The translations under genes and the position numbers were made by a program. A stretch of 64,000 nucleotides of DNA from Octopus vulgaris (Eukaryota), in NCBI GenBank assembly GCA_951406725.2, contig OX597815.1:190278001-190342000 (forward strand), read 5' to 3'. Position 1 is the first letter of the stretch; each line of letters opens with the position of its first letter. Below the pieces are notes generated by a model. It saw nothing but the letters and a program-made list of their open reading frames with translations, did no database searches and had not been told where the DNA came from. This document shows positions 25,635-37,665 of this stretch, piece after piece.

Positions 25635-26810
25635 CAGGGTAGCCCAAAAGTAGGCTTACACCTATCACGTAGGCATTTTAAATTTCTTTGAAAACCTTTT
25701 ATTACATTTAAATTTCTATCTTACAATCATATCGTTTATGAACATCTTAAACAGACAATGTTTAATCTCTGAGATGCTCAAAATGTCCTCCTTCAACATT
25801 GCAACATTCTTCAAACCTCTTGAGAACACTCTGACACACAGTGCGGCACAAATTCCGATCTCCATCAATTTCAATGAATGCATCAGAAATGTAATCCTTT
25901 TTTAATTCATTTACTGTTTTGGGATTCTTCTCATAAACCTTGTTCTTTACAACACCCCCCAAAAAAGAAATACATTGGTGTCAGGTCAGGTGAACGTGGT
26001 GGCCATTCAATGCTGCCCCCTCTTCCAAACCAATGCTCTGGAAACGCTTGGTTAAGGTAGGCCCTTACTGTCAACGCATAATGTGGAAGTGCTCCATCTT
26101 GCTGAATAATACAATAAATAAATGCACCCTTTTAAAGCCTAACCAGGCTCATGGGCCCGGTTTCCTGGTTTCTATGGCATATGTGTTCCCCAGCTGGACA
26201 GGACACCAGTCTATCACAGCATTACTCATTTTTGCCAGCTGAGTGGACTGGAGCAACGTGAAATGAAGTGTTTTGCTCAAGTACACAACGCGTCGCCCGG
26301 TCCAGGAATCGAAACCACAATCTTACGTTCATGGTGCTGACACCCTAACCACTAAGCCACGTGCCTCCACGTTGATAATCATACCAGTCCTAACAATAGC
26401 ATTACTTTTTGACCTACCCATGTAAAACAATGAAAACATAATGATAATATTAATCTTTCACAACATAAACACTAAGCCCCAAATTTGGAGATGAGGTATA
26501 GTAATACTTGGGTGGAAGGGTATTTTATCAAACTCCACAAGGAAGAATGGCAAAGATTACCTCAGTAAGATTTGAAGTCTGAATATAAAGAGATGTAATA
26601 AAAGACCTGAATGGAATTTCTGTGTTGCCCGGTCCAGGTATTGAAACCACAATCTTATGATCATGATGCTGACACCCTAACCACTAAGCCACGCGCCTCC
26701 ACTGCTGAATAATGATTTCATATATTTTTTATAATTAAGATATAAACTGTTAATATATGAATAGGAAATAAATAGATGAATAACTCTAAACCTTCTTTTG
26801 GGCCACCCTG
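25635..26810 (-). mobile_element. Internally deleted Tc1/mariner element, DD41D (rosa-type) spacing
   Basis: TIRs cagggtagcccaaaagtagg / ccttcttttgggccaccctg with TA flanks. Minus strand reads QQDGALPHY..EWPPRSPDLTPMY (41 residues after the D; third D mutated to Y) then ..CNVEGGHFEHL. Confidence 0.85.
26111..26702 (-). mobile_element. Composite SINE E insertion (head fragment, copied flank, full SINE E)
   Basis: 11-bp TSD tgctgaataat at 26100-26110 and 26703-26713. 26116-26622 is the reverse complement of 41421-41930. Confidence 0.85.
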
Positions 26811-26897
26811 TATCTGTGGTACCAATACTAAAGACGAAAAATTATCAGTGAGACAGGACTATCTTCAGCAATGTATGTATATGAGTGTGTATGTATC

Positions 26898-26953
<56 letters not shown>

Positions 26954-27227
26954 TAATACATATATACACTCACACACACACACGTATACACATATATATT
27001 ATATGTATGTACACACACACACATGTTCAAACATTTACACATATGTTCAAATAAACTACTTGTTAAAACATTTAATGTAAACAATATTAAACATGATATC
27101 CATAAACAATGATTTGAGATCATAAAAAAAAAACATAACGACGGAAACCAAACCACATTTCCATCACTTGGCAACGTACAATATATACAGAACGTGTGTA
27201 GTGAGTATGTTTATAAATACATATATT

Positions 27228-27271
<44 letters not shown>

Positions 27272-27506
27272 TGTATATATATGTATATATATGTGTGTGT
27301 GTATGTATATATAAATATGTACATATATGTATATATATGTATATATATATATAAATATATGTATGTGTATATATATACATATATGTATATATCTATATAT
27401 ATCTATATATATTTATACATTTATAGATAGATATATAGGTATATACATATATATATTTACATACAAATAAATATAGATATATGTATATATGTATATATAT
27501 ACATAT

Positions 27507-27552
<46 letters not shown>

Positions 27553-27589
27553 ATATATGTATATATATACATATATACATATATCTATA

Positions 27590-27629
<40 letters not shown>

Positions 27630-27798
27630 AGCATGTATGTATATGTGTATATGTATATGTATCTATATTTATTTATATGTATGTATATGTGTATATAATA
27701 TATATTTATATATAAGTATGTATATGTGTATATAAATATATAGATGTATATATATATATATATAGATATATATATTTTTATTTTTATATGTATGTATA

Positions 27799-27852
<54 letters not shown>

Positions 27853-28043
27853 GAGAGAGAGAGAGAGAGAGTACCTTTTCATAAAAGCTAAATATTTTTA
27901 AAGGCTAAATATTATTCAAAGTGAAATCTTCACACTGAGTGGAAATATAGAATTTAAATATGAACAAATAAATATATTTCTGTAACATAAGTTAAGCACT
28001 TTCTTTTTATTGTGTACTAAGATTGTATCTGTGCATGCATACA

Positions 28044-28078
<35 letters not shown>

Positions 28079-28117
28079 GTACATACACATAAATATATAT
28101 AGACAGATATAGATGTA

Positions 28118-28179
<62 letters not shown>

Positions 28180-28192
28180 TATGTATGTATTC

Positions 28193-28251
<59 letters not shown>

Positions 28252-28263
28252 TATATATATTTG

Positions 28264-28299
<36 letters not shown>

Positions 28300-28901
28300 C
28301 ACATATATATATCTGTAGTGAGATAGCATGAGGCTTATAGAATTTGCTTAAAACTGACTTCTCTTCAAAAACATTTAAGTTCATACCAGGTACTTTTGGA
28401 AAAAGTAGTCATTCAAATTACTTCGCTGTGTGACAATACAATATGCCATATGTCTTTCAAATTTTGCAATGAAAATATCATTTCAAATATGATGCCTCTA
28501 CACAAATTCAGTTTTGACATGAGCCAACTAGGGAAACTCTATGTGTCACTCAGATCACAAGAAATAACAGTCAAATCTTCAAACCCCATGCTACCATTAA
28601 AAAAAGATAGAATGCATAATTTAGTCTTGGGTACACTGTTCTTGAAAATAAGATAGGATGGTCATGGGTGGCATGCATTTGATTATAGGTTTACTGAATC
28701 AGAACCCATTTTGAGAAAGACAAAATCAATAGCTTCAACAACAGGTATGGCCTTGTGGTTAGAAAGGTTACTTTGCTACTAGATTCTACCAGACTCAGAT
28801 TCTGTCCCACTTTGGGAGCCCTAGGGCAAACAATGCCTTGTGAGTAAATTTGGTAGATGGAAGCAATGTGATGTCTGTTATATATATATATGAGGGCAGT
28901 A

Positions 28902-29132
28902 GGCAGCGAGCTGGCAAAAAAGTTAGCGCGCCGGGCGAAATGCTTAGAAGTATTTCGTCTGTCGTTACGTTCTGAGTTCAAATTCCGCTGAGGTCGACTT
29001 TACCTTTCATTCTTTTGGGGTCGATAAATAAAGTACCAGTTTAGCACTAGGATCGATATAATCGACTTACTCCCTTTGTCTGTCCTTGTTTGTCCTCTCT
29101 ATGTTTCGCCCCTTGTGGGCAGTAAAGAAATA
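28902..29132 (+). mobile_element. SINE family B
   Basis: Full head-core-tail; tatatatgaggg(c)agt is duplicated on both sides. Confidence 0.85.
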
Positions 29133-29144
29133 TATATAGATATA

Positions 29145-29346
29145 TGAGGGAGTGCTGAAAAGTTCCTGGCTATAAGGGGATCGCAAAGGCTTGGTCAGAG
29201 GCCTGACCTTCCAAGTTATTTTACAGGGCTTAGAAAAACTGAAGGGCTGCTGCAATAAGTGTGTGAATCTGTGAGAGGAATATGTTGAATAAAATCCTTG
29301 TGTATTTTCTTTTACCCAAAGCCAGGAAATTTTCAGCATCTCCTCA
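29145..29346 (+). mobile_element. Mariner-derived MITE
   Basis: TIRs tgagggagtgctgaaaagttcctggct / agccaggaaattttcagcatctcctca. Internal remnant resembles a transposase C-terminus (LEKL..CNKCVNL..EYVE). Confidence 0.75.
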
Positions 29347-29471
29347 TGTGTGTGTGTATGTGTGTTTGTGTTGGGTGCTTGTGTATGTATGTATATAAGT
29401 GTGTGCCTTTGTGTTTTTGCTTGTTCCATCCACCATTCATTCCCAACCAGTAATGGTATTTTTATGACCTG

Positions 29472-29700
29472 CGGCGAGGTGGCAGAAACGTTAGCACGGT
29501 GGGCAAAATGCTTAGCGGTATTTCGTCTGCCGTTACATTGTGAGTTCAAATTCCGCTGAGGTCGACTTTACCTTTCATCCTTTCGGGGTCAATAAATTAA
29601 GTACCAGTTACACACTGGGGTCGATGTAATCGACTTAATACCTATGTCTGTCCTTGTTTGTCTTCTCTGTGTTTAGCCCCTTGTCGGTAATGAAGAAATA
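29472..29700 (+). mobile_element. SINE family B with 17-bp TSD
   Basis: TSD ggtatttttatgacctg at 29455-29471 and 29701-29717. Confidence 0.9.
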
Positions 29701-29989
29701 GGTATTTTTATGACCTGTAACTTAGCATTTCAGTAGAAGAGACCGATGGAGTAAGTGCCATACTCAGGGTACAATTTGTTTGACTAAATCCTTGAAGAGA
29801 GTGCCCCAGCATGGCCACAGTCCACTGACTGAAACGAGTTAAAGATAAAAGAGAAAAAACATTATCTCTTTATTTGTTGACAAAATCTGTTTACAAATTT
29901 GTTAACAAAAACAAGAGAATTTTGATTTTTCTATCATCATCATTGGTGTCATTTAACGTCCGCTTTCCATGCTGGCATGAGTTGGATGC

Positions 29990-30146
29990 TTTTGAGGAGC
30001 CTAATTTCTCAAGATTGGTATTTAGGCAGTGTGTTACATATCCCAGGACCCCAATAACTACAGGTATAGACCTGAACTTGTAATCTGGATAGAGTAACTG
30101 CAGATTTCTCAATAGTTCATCGTAGGTGTTCTCTTTTCCACTGATC
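29990..30146 (-). pseudogene. Restriction-like endonuclease C-terminal fragment of an R4/R2-group LINE
   Basis: KENTYDELLRNLQLLYPDYKFRSIPVVIGVLGYVTHCLNTNLEKLG fits the 'K..Y..L....IPVVIGALG' pattern. Confidence 0.7.
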
Positions 30147-30522
30147 ATGTATATATGTTTTTATGTATGTATGTATGTATGTATGTATGTATGTATGTAT
30201 GTATGTTTTTATGTATGTATGTACGTATGTATGTATGTATGTATGTATGTATGTATGTATGTATGTATGTATGTGTGTGTGTGTATGTGTGTATGTGTGT
30301 GTGTATGTATGTGTGTGTGTGTATATGTATGTATGTATGTATGTGTGTATGTGTGTATGTATGTATGTATGTATGTATGTATGTATGTATGCATGCATGC
30401 ATGCATGCATGTATGTATGTATGTATGTGTATGTATGTATGTGTGTGTATATGTATGAATGCATGTATGTATGTATGTATGTATGTATGTATGTATGTAT
30501 GTATGTATATGTGTGTATGCAT
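30147..30522. repeat. (TATG)n compound microsatellite
   Basis: Direct reading. Confidence 0.95.
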
Positions 30523-30934
30523 GCCACTGTATCTGTGTTTGTCCCCTACCAGCTTGACAACTGATTTTTGTTGGGGTGTTCAGGAAAATAATATTCTATT
30601 TATAAATTACAAAAGATAGTTTAATTAAAATAATAACATTGGATGTTATAGATTAAAATGGGTATTTTATTTTTTGCTATGTTTTTTTTTTCTTTAGGTT
30701 TTTCTATTATTAGTATGTTGATTATTTTGATTCAGCCTTTGGGGTTAGAATTTATAATTATGTTCGTTAGAATTTTTATGAGGATTATGAATTCTTCTTT
30801 TTTTTTTGTTTATTCTTGATATGGTTATATGTGATATTGATAAGTTCATGTCCCTGTATCTTAGCGGTTCAGCAAAAGACATTGACAAAATAAATACCAG
30901 GCTTAAGTAGAGGCTTTAAGAAGGAACTGTCCTC

Positions 30935-31325
30935 CTTGCCAATGGCACATTAAAAAGACCATTCGAGCGTGATCGTTACAGCATTGCCTTACTAGCACTT
31001 GTGCTGGTAGCATGTGAAAAACCATTTGATCGAGGTCGTTGCCAGTGCCGCTGGACTGGCTCCTGTGCTGGTGGCACATAAAAAGCACCATTTGAGTGTG
31101 GCCGTTGCCAGTACCGCCTGACTGGCCCTCATGCCAGTGGCACATAAAAGCGCCCACTACACTCTCAGAGTTGTTAGTGTTAGGAAGGGCATCCAGTTGT
31201 AGAAACTCTGCCAGATCAGATTGGAGTCTGGTGCAGCCATCTGGTTCACCAGACCTCAGTCAAATCATCCAACACATGCTAGCATGGAAAGTGAATGTTA
31301 AACGATGATGATGATGATAATGATG
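30935..31325 (+). mobile_element. Family C copy with tandem units, inserted in an old SINE A
   Basis: Units plus tail; family A segments lie at 30845-30905 and 31326-31423. Confidence 0.8.
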
Positions 31326-31627
31326 TATTGGAGTCAATTCAGTCAATTGACTAAAAGTTCTGCAAGGCAGTGCCACAGCATGGCCATAGTCTAATGAACT
31401 GAAACAAGTAAGTGGCAAAAGAGAATCTCAGATAGATTCTTGGAAGTCACAGAAGCTATAAATCTAAGAATTTCTCTTCACCTGTTAAAAAAAAGAAATG
31501 AACTTCATACAAGCTTCTAATCACCAAAAATTAGCATTAAAAAATAATTTGAAATTAACTTACCAAAATTAACATATTAATAATATTGATAACAATAATA
31601 TTGGTAATTCTAACCCCTGCTGAGAGA

Positions 31628-31925
31628 AGACATGTTTCTTTATTAGCCACACATGACTGCACACAGACAGGACAGATTACAAAGTAGAGCTTTTCTTTTT
31701 GGGGAGAAAAAAAAAAGTGGGGTAGATTTTCGATCAAAAGGGATCGTAAAAGGGTAAGAAAATAAAGGAAAGGAGAAAAAAAAAGAAAAAGAAAAAAAAA
31801 ACGATCAATAGGGATCATGTATCACAGAAATGTCATGATGTAAAGTGTAAAGAGGGAAGCAGATAAGGTTTATCCGTGGAAAGAAAAGCCTACAGAAAAG
31901 ACCACAGTAACCTCGGTCAATAATG
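31628..31925 (-). mobile_element. Probable LINE 3' UTR (L1/Tx1-like), pyrimidine-rich, ending in AATAAA
   Basis: Reverse-complement end ttgtaatctgtcctgtctgtgtgcagtcatgtgtggctaataaagaaac resembles the SINE B tail. The clade is an inference. Confidence 0.45.
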
Positions 31926-31969
31926 TTACATGCTACCACATTTGTTTACAAGTAGGTAACCCTAAGATA

Positions 31970-32192
31970 TATTTCTTTACTACCCACAAGGGGCTAAACA
32001 TAGAGGGGACAAACAAGGACAGACGAACGGATTAAGTCGATTATATCGACCCCAGTGCGTAACTGGTACTTAATTTATCGACCCAGAAAGGATGAAAGGC
32101 AAAGTCGACCTCGGCGGAATTTGAACCCAGAACATAACAGCAGACGAAATACGGCTACGCATTTCGCCCGGCGTGCTAACGATTCTGCCAGT
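31970..32192 (-). mobile_element. SINE family B with 13-bp TSD
   Basis: TSD taaccctaagata at 31957-31969 and 32193-32205. Confidence 0.9.
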
Positions 32193-32559
32193 TAACCCTA
32201 AGATAGCCAACAACTTCTCTGGTTTCTGGTTTCTTCCATCACATCTTGGCATTCCATCATCAGTCTATGTATACATTTGATTAATTCTTTTATGATGACA
32301 TTTTCATGGCTGTTAGTAACTTTACAGCTTATGTTAATGCCAAAAACCCAGACTGTGTCCAGCTAAGTTATTTAATATGTCTATAAATGTATTTTATTAC
32401 AAATAACAGTGCCCATTCATCTGAGGTTATTGCATTTTATTTTATTATATTAAAATGCTCTGAAAATGACTATGTTTTTAATACTTACCGTGTTCACTAC
32501 TAAAAAATGCTTCCAGACAAAAATATTTTCATTATATCGGCAAGATAACTGTTTCTAGT

Positions 32560-32698
32560 ATTATTGTCATTATTATTGTTGTTGCTGGTGTTGTTATTAT
32601 TATTATTATTGTTGTTGTTGTTGTTGTTAGAAATAGTAGTAGGAGTAGTAGTGGTGGTGGTGGTAGTGGTGGTGGTAGTAGTAGTAGAAGTAGTAGTA

Positions 32699-32732
<34 letters not shown>

Positions 32733-32760
32733 CAGCAGCAGCAGCAATAGCAGCAGCAGC

Positions 32761-32814
<54 letters not shown>

Positions 32815-32817
32815 CGT
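32560..32817. repeat. (TTA/TTG/GTA/GCA)n trinucleotide tract
   Basis: Direct reading. Confidence 0.95.
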
Positions 32818-33189
32818 CAATGCAGCGAGCTGGCAGAATCACTAGCACGTGGGACAAAATACTTTGCAGTATTTCGCCCATCGCTCGGTTCTGAGTTCAA
32901 ATTCTGTTGAGGTCGACTTTGCCTTTCATCGGTTTTTTTTTTTTGTGGTGGGGTCTGGTCTGGGGGGTTCGATAGATCAAGTACCAGTAAAACACTGGGG
33001 TTGATGTAGTAGCCGGTTTAACCCTGGATAGGACACTGCTCCATTGCAAGATAACTCACTTTTACCAGCTGAGTGGACATAGTGCAACATGAACTGAAGC
33101 ATCGTGCTCAAGAACACAATATGCTTCTCGGTCCAGCGTATGAGTCTGACAACCGAACCACTAAGCCATGCACCTCATGAGTGCTACTA

Positions 33190-34070
33190 TTTTACCCTTT
33201 TACTCTTTTACTTGTTTCAGTCATATGACTGTGGCCATGCTGGAGCACCAACTTTAGTCAAGCAAATCGACCGCAGGACTTATTCTTTGTAAGCCTAGTA
33301 CTTATTCTATTGGTCTCTTTTTGCTGAACTGCTAAGTTACAGGGACGTAAACACACCAGCATCAGTTGTCAAGTGATGGTGAGAGGACAAACATAGACAT
33401 ACAAACATATAAGCACACACATACATATCCTTAAATCCTTAAAATCCTTAAAAATGTTTTAGCCCGAAGGCCACAGCCATAGTGGGGCACCACCGCTGAA
33501 TAAGCTACACTAATATGTGAATCCACCTCTGATACGTGGCACATGGTTAACAAAGGAGTTCGATGCCGCTGCCCGCATCTGTGTCTCCTGTCGTGAAGTA
33601 GGTTCATCTGGGACCCCCGACAAGAAGAGATCCAGTCGCATATATATATATATATATATATATGCGATGGGCTTCTTTCAGTTTCCTTCTACCAAATCCA
33701 CTCACAAGACTTTGCTCAGCCCGAGGCTATAGTAGAGGACACTTGCCCAAGGTTCCACGCAGTGAGACTGAACCCGGTCAACGCAGTGAGACTGGCACTT
33801 GGTCAACAAGGGAGTTCGATGCCACTGCCCACATCTGTGCCTCCTGTCGTGAGGTAGGTTCATCAGGGACCCCCGACAAGAAGAGATCCAGTCGCATATA
33901 TATATATATATATAAGCGACGGGCTTCTTTCAGTTTCCATCTACCAAATCCACTCACAAGACTTTGCTCAGCCCGAGGCTATAGTAGAAGACACTTGCCC
34001 AAGGTGCCACGCAGTGAGACTGAACCCGGAACCATGTGGTTGGTAAGCAAGCTACTTACCACACAGCCAC
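33190..34070 (-). mobile_element. SINE A containing a CR1-like LINE 3' end and a ~240-bp tandem duplication
   Basis: Family A tail 33190-33426, insert 33427-33642, duplicated block 33538-33777 / 33793-34029, family A head to 34070. Confidence 0.8.
33427..33642 (-). pseudogene. CR1-group LINE ORF2 C-terminus plus 3' tail
   Basis: Reverse complement translates RLDLFLSGVPDEPTSRQETQMRAAASNSFVNHV..*. Tail reads ggtgccccactatggctgtggccttcgggctaaaac(ATTTTAAGG)n. Confidence 0.75.
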
Positions 34071-34279
34071 TTGAATATTCCCTTGATCTCTTTCTTTAAT
34101 GATCCTTTCTTTAGATAAAGCCTGCTGTTTTTCTAATCCCTTATTATCTCTTCCAAGCTTTTTGGAAATCCCTGTGTGAAGCTTCTTTCTTTTAAAGTTT
34201 GGTTTCTCTTATTTCACTTTTTCCAGCTTTTCATGTTTGAACTCTAAAATATTCTGTTAAATAGTCCATTAACCCTCAT

Positions 34280-34708
34280 TCTCCTTTTCTTCTTCTTCTT
34301 CTTTTTCTTCTTCTTCTTCTTCTTCTTCTTCTTCTTCGTCTTCTTCTCCTTCTCCTTCTTCTTCTTCTTCTTTTTCTTCTCCTCCTTCTTCTTCTTCTTC
34401 TTCTCCTCCTTCTCCTTCTTTTTTCTTCTTCTTTTTCTTTTTCTTCTTCTTCTTCTTCTTCTTCTTCTTCTTCTTCTTCTTCTTCTTCTTCTTCTTCTTC
34501 TTCTTCTTCTCCTCCTTCTTCTTCTTCTTCTTCTCCTTCTTCTCCTTCTTCTTCTTCTTCTTCTTCTTCTTCTTCTTCTTCTTCTTCTTCTTCTTCTTCT
34601 TCTTCTTCTTCTTCTTCTTCTTCTTCTTCTTCTTCTTCTCCTTCTTCTTCTTCTTCTTCTTCTTCTTCTTCTTCTTCTTCTTCTCCTCCTCCTTCTTCTT
34701 CTTCTTCA
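34280..34708. repeat. (TTC)n polypyrimidine tract
   Basis: Direct reading; source of the poly-K/E ORF. Confidence 0.97.
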
Positions 34709-34810
34709 TTTTAGTCTTCTTCTCATCATCATCATCATCGTCATCATTACCATTATTGTCATCATCACCATTACTACAATATATATGCATCAGCATATAT
34801 AGAATGTAAA

Positions 34811-34973
34811 GGAGTGGCTGTGTGGTAAGAAGCTTGCTTCCCAACCACATGGTTCCGGGTTCAATCCCCCTGCATAGTACCTTAGGCAAGTGACTTCTAC
34901 TATAGCTTCAGGCCGACCAAAGACTTGTGAGAGGTTCTGGTAGATGGAAACTTAAAGAAGCCTGTTGTGTGTG

Positions 34974-35008
<35 letters not shown>

Positions 35009-35208
35009 TTGTGTGTCTGTGTTTGTCGCACTACCATCACTTGACAACCAATGTTGGTGTGTTTACATCCCTGTAACTTAGCAGTTTGGCACAAGAGACC
35101 GATAGACTAAGTATTAGGCTTACAAAGAATAAGTCCTGGAGTCAATTTCTTTGACTAAAGGTGGTGCTCCAGCATGGCCACAGACAAATGACTGAAACAA
35201 GTAAAAGT
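34811..35208 (+). mobile_element. SINE family A
   Basis: Full layout, moderately diverged. Confidence 0.85.
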
Positions 35209-35397
35209 ATGTATGTATGTATGTCATTATTCAGGTTTATTTCAAAATTTCTTGCTAATAGAAAAAGAATCGGTTTCTAACCTAGATCCAAAGTTTCTTC
35301 ATTGGAATTTCAACATCAACAACAGGGCATTCAGTGTATTCAGTGTTATTCATTCTCTGATTTTTATTTGGTATTTACCTTTGAATGCTTTACAGAG

Positions 35398-35559
35398 CAT
35401 CGTAAAAGTGCCCACTACACTCTCAGAGTGGTTGGCATAAGGAAGGGCATCCAGCTGTAGAAACTCTGCCAGATCAGATTGGAGCCTGGTGCAGCCAACT
35501 GGTTCGCCAGTCCTCAGCCAAATCGTCCAACCCATGCTAGCATGAAAAGCGGACATTAA

Positions 35560-35593
<34 letters not shown>

Positions 35594-36008
35594 CGATACA
35601 ACAGCATTAATTACATCATCTAGATGCAGGTGTGGCTGTGTGATAAGAAGTTCGCTTCTCAATCACATGGTTCCCGGTTCGGTCCCACTGTGTGGCACAA
35701 ATGTCTTCTACTATAACCTCAAACTGACCAATATCTCGTGAGTGGAACTAATAGATGGAAACTGAAAGAAGCCCAGTGTGTGTGAGTATGTCCTTGAGTC
35801 TGTGTTGGTCCCCCACCACTACTTGAGAACAGGTGTGTTCATATTCTCATAACTTAGCAGTTCAGCAAAAGAGACTGATAGAATGAATACCAATCTCAAA
35901 AATAAGAACTGGGATCGATTTATTCAACTAAAATTCTTCAATTCTTCAAGATGGTGCTCCAGCATGGCAACAGTCAAATGATTGAACGAAGTGAAAGAAC
36001 AAAAGAAT
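35398..36008 (+). mobile_element. Family C tail (35398-35597) followed by old SINE A (35625-36008)
   Basis: Homology to both families. Confidence 0.75.
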
Positions 36009-36667
36009 GTTACATAAGTAAAAACTGGTATGTTATGTGATGATTGTTCCATAAATGATTGTATGTAATAATACTGAAATACCAGATCTTCAGAAAAATA
36101 TTGTAATTCAAATATTTAACATATCCTTACAGATGTGTCCTTGCACTGTCAACCACCCTATGTTAGTTGATAATGCAAAAACACAGATGGTATATAGTCT
36201 GGACTTGAATTACAATACTCATCTGAAGATCTGGTATTTCAAGAATATTTGTGTAGTTGTTTATGTAATGTTATCAAATAATATACCAATATTTGCTAGC
36301 GAAACACATGTAAGATTAAGCAATTCTCGATGTTGCAATAAAAACACTTAAATCAACCCTCCTGCTTTATTCCACTCTCAGATACATGAATATATATATA
36401 TACATACATATATGTAGTTTTCTGTACATATATAAGTATATATAGGCATATATATACGCATATATATATATACATATATATATTTATATTTATATTTATG
36501 CACATATATATATATATACATATGTGTGTGTGTGTATGCATATATATATGTATGTATATATGTATATATGTATCTATGTAATATATTTACGCCTACACAC
36601 ACAGATACATATATACACAAAAGTATACACAGAAACACACACACACACACATATATATATACATATA

Positions 36668-36699
<32 letters not shown>

Positions 36700-36733
36700 A
36701 TCATCATCATATTTATATATATATCATCATATA

Positions 36734-36781
<48 letters not shown>

Positions 36782-37530
36782 AATACATATGTATGTATAT
36801 ACACATACATGAATGCATATGTATATATGTATGTACACACACGAACACACACACACCACACACATACACACCACACATGCAAATACACAAACACACATAT
36901 AGTATAAAGTTCTCAGTATGACTGTATTTATGTGTGAGGGTCAAAATATATTAATGGTATTTGCTGAAAATCAAATAGATGAAATGTTTCCAGTTAATAA
37001 ACTTGAAGATTTATTGAACAAAGATATTGGAAGATGAATAAATTCAAAGCTCTTTGCTAAATGTGGAACTGGTGTGAAAAGCCATTTACACTGAAACTAG
37101 AAATATATAGAGTCAAAATCACTCAACAAACCTCTTCTTTAAACGAAAGACATTATTAAATTAATTCAAGGTTTCATACTTATTGATTTAATGGAATTAT
37201 AAAGCTACCTATCAGGTTTTATGTAATTCTTAATTTAAATTTACACAACTGAAATGAAGAGAAATATTGCTGGTATTTGGGGAATTAGCATGTAATAATA
37301 ATAAAGCTAATAATAATAATGCTAATAATAATAATAATGATGATGATGGTGATATTAGTAATAATAATAATAATGATGATGATGGTGATATTGGTAATAA
37401 TAATAATAATAATAATCACAATGATAATAATAATAAATTATTGCCCTGGGTGAAGGATGGAAGAAGGGAACAATACAAAGACAGACATAAAGTGTTGGGG
37501 TCTGCATATAATGAAATGAAATTATATATA

Positions 37531-37565
<35 letters not shown>

Positions 37566-37612
37566 GCATATACAAATATATCATCATCATCGTCGTCGTT
37601 ATTTGACATATA

Positions 37613-37663
<51 letters not shown>

Positions 37664-37665
<2 letters not shown>

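Larger units (their letters stand above)
28742..29855 (+). mobile_element. Old SINE A hosting nested SINE B, mariner MITE and a second SINE B
   Basis: The family A head (28742-28880) and tail (29718-29855) are collinear once the inserts are removed. Confidence 0.7.

Noticed and set aside
25762-26110. Active transposase or RT genes (also 42206-43960 and 38041-38322)
   Set aside because: All are truncated and carry stops, frameshifts or a mutated catalytic residue.
33662-34099. Recurrent '[26 protein letters not shown]' ORFs as a gene family
   Set aside because: They are the antisense translation of the SINE A head.
34269-34889. 206-aa Lys/Glu-rich ORF (and similar ORFs at 58537-59210)
   Set aside because: It is a translation of (TTC)n/(GAA)n tracts, and its N-terminus lies in a SINE.
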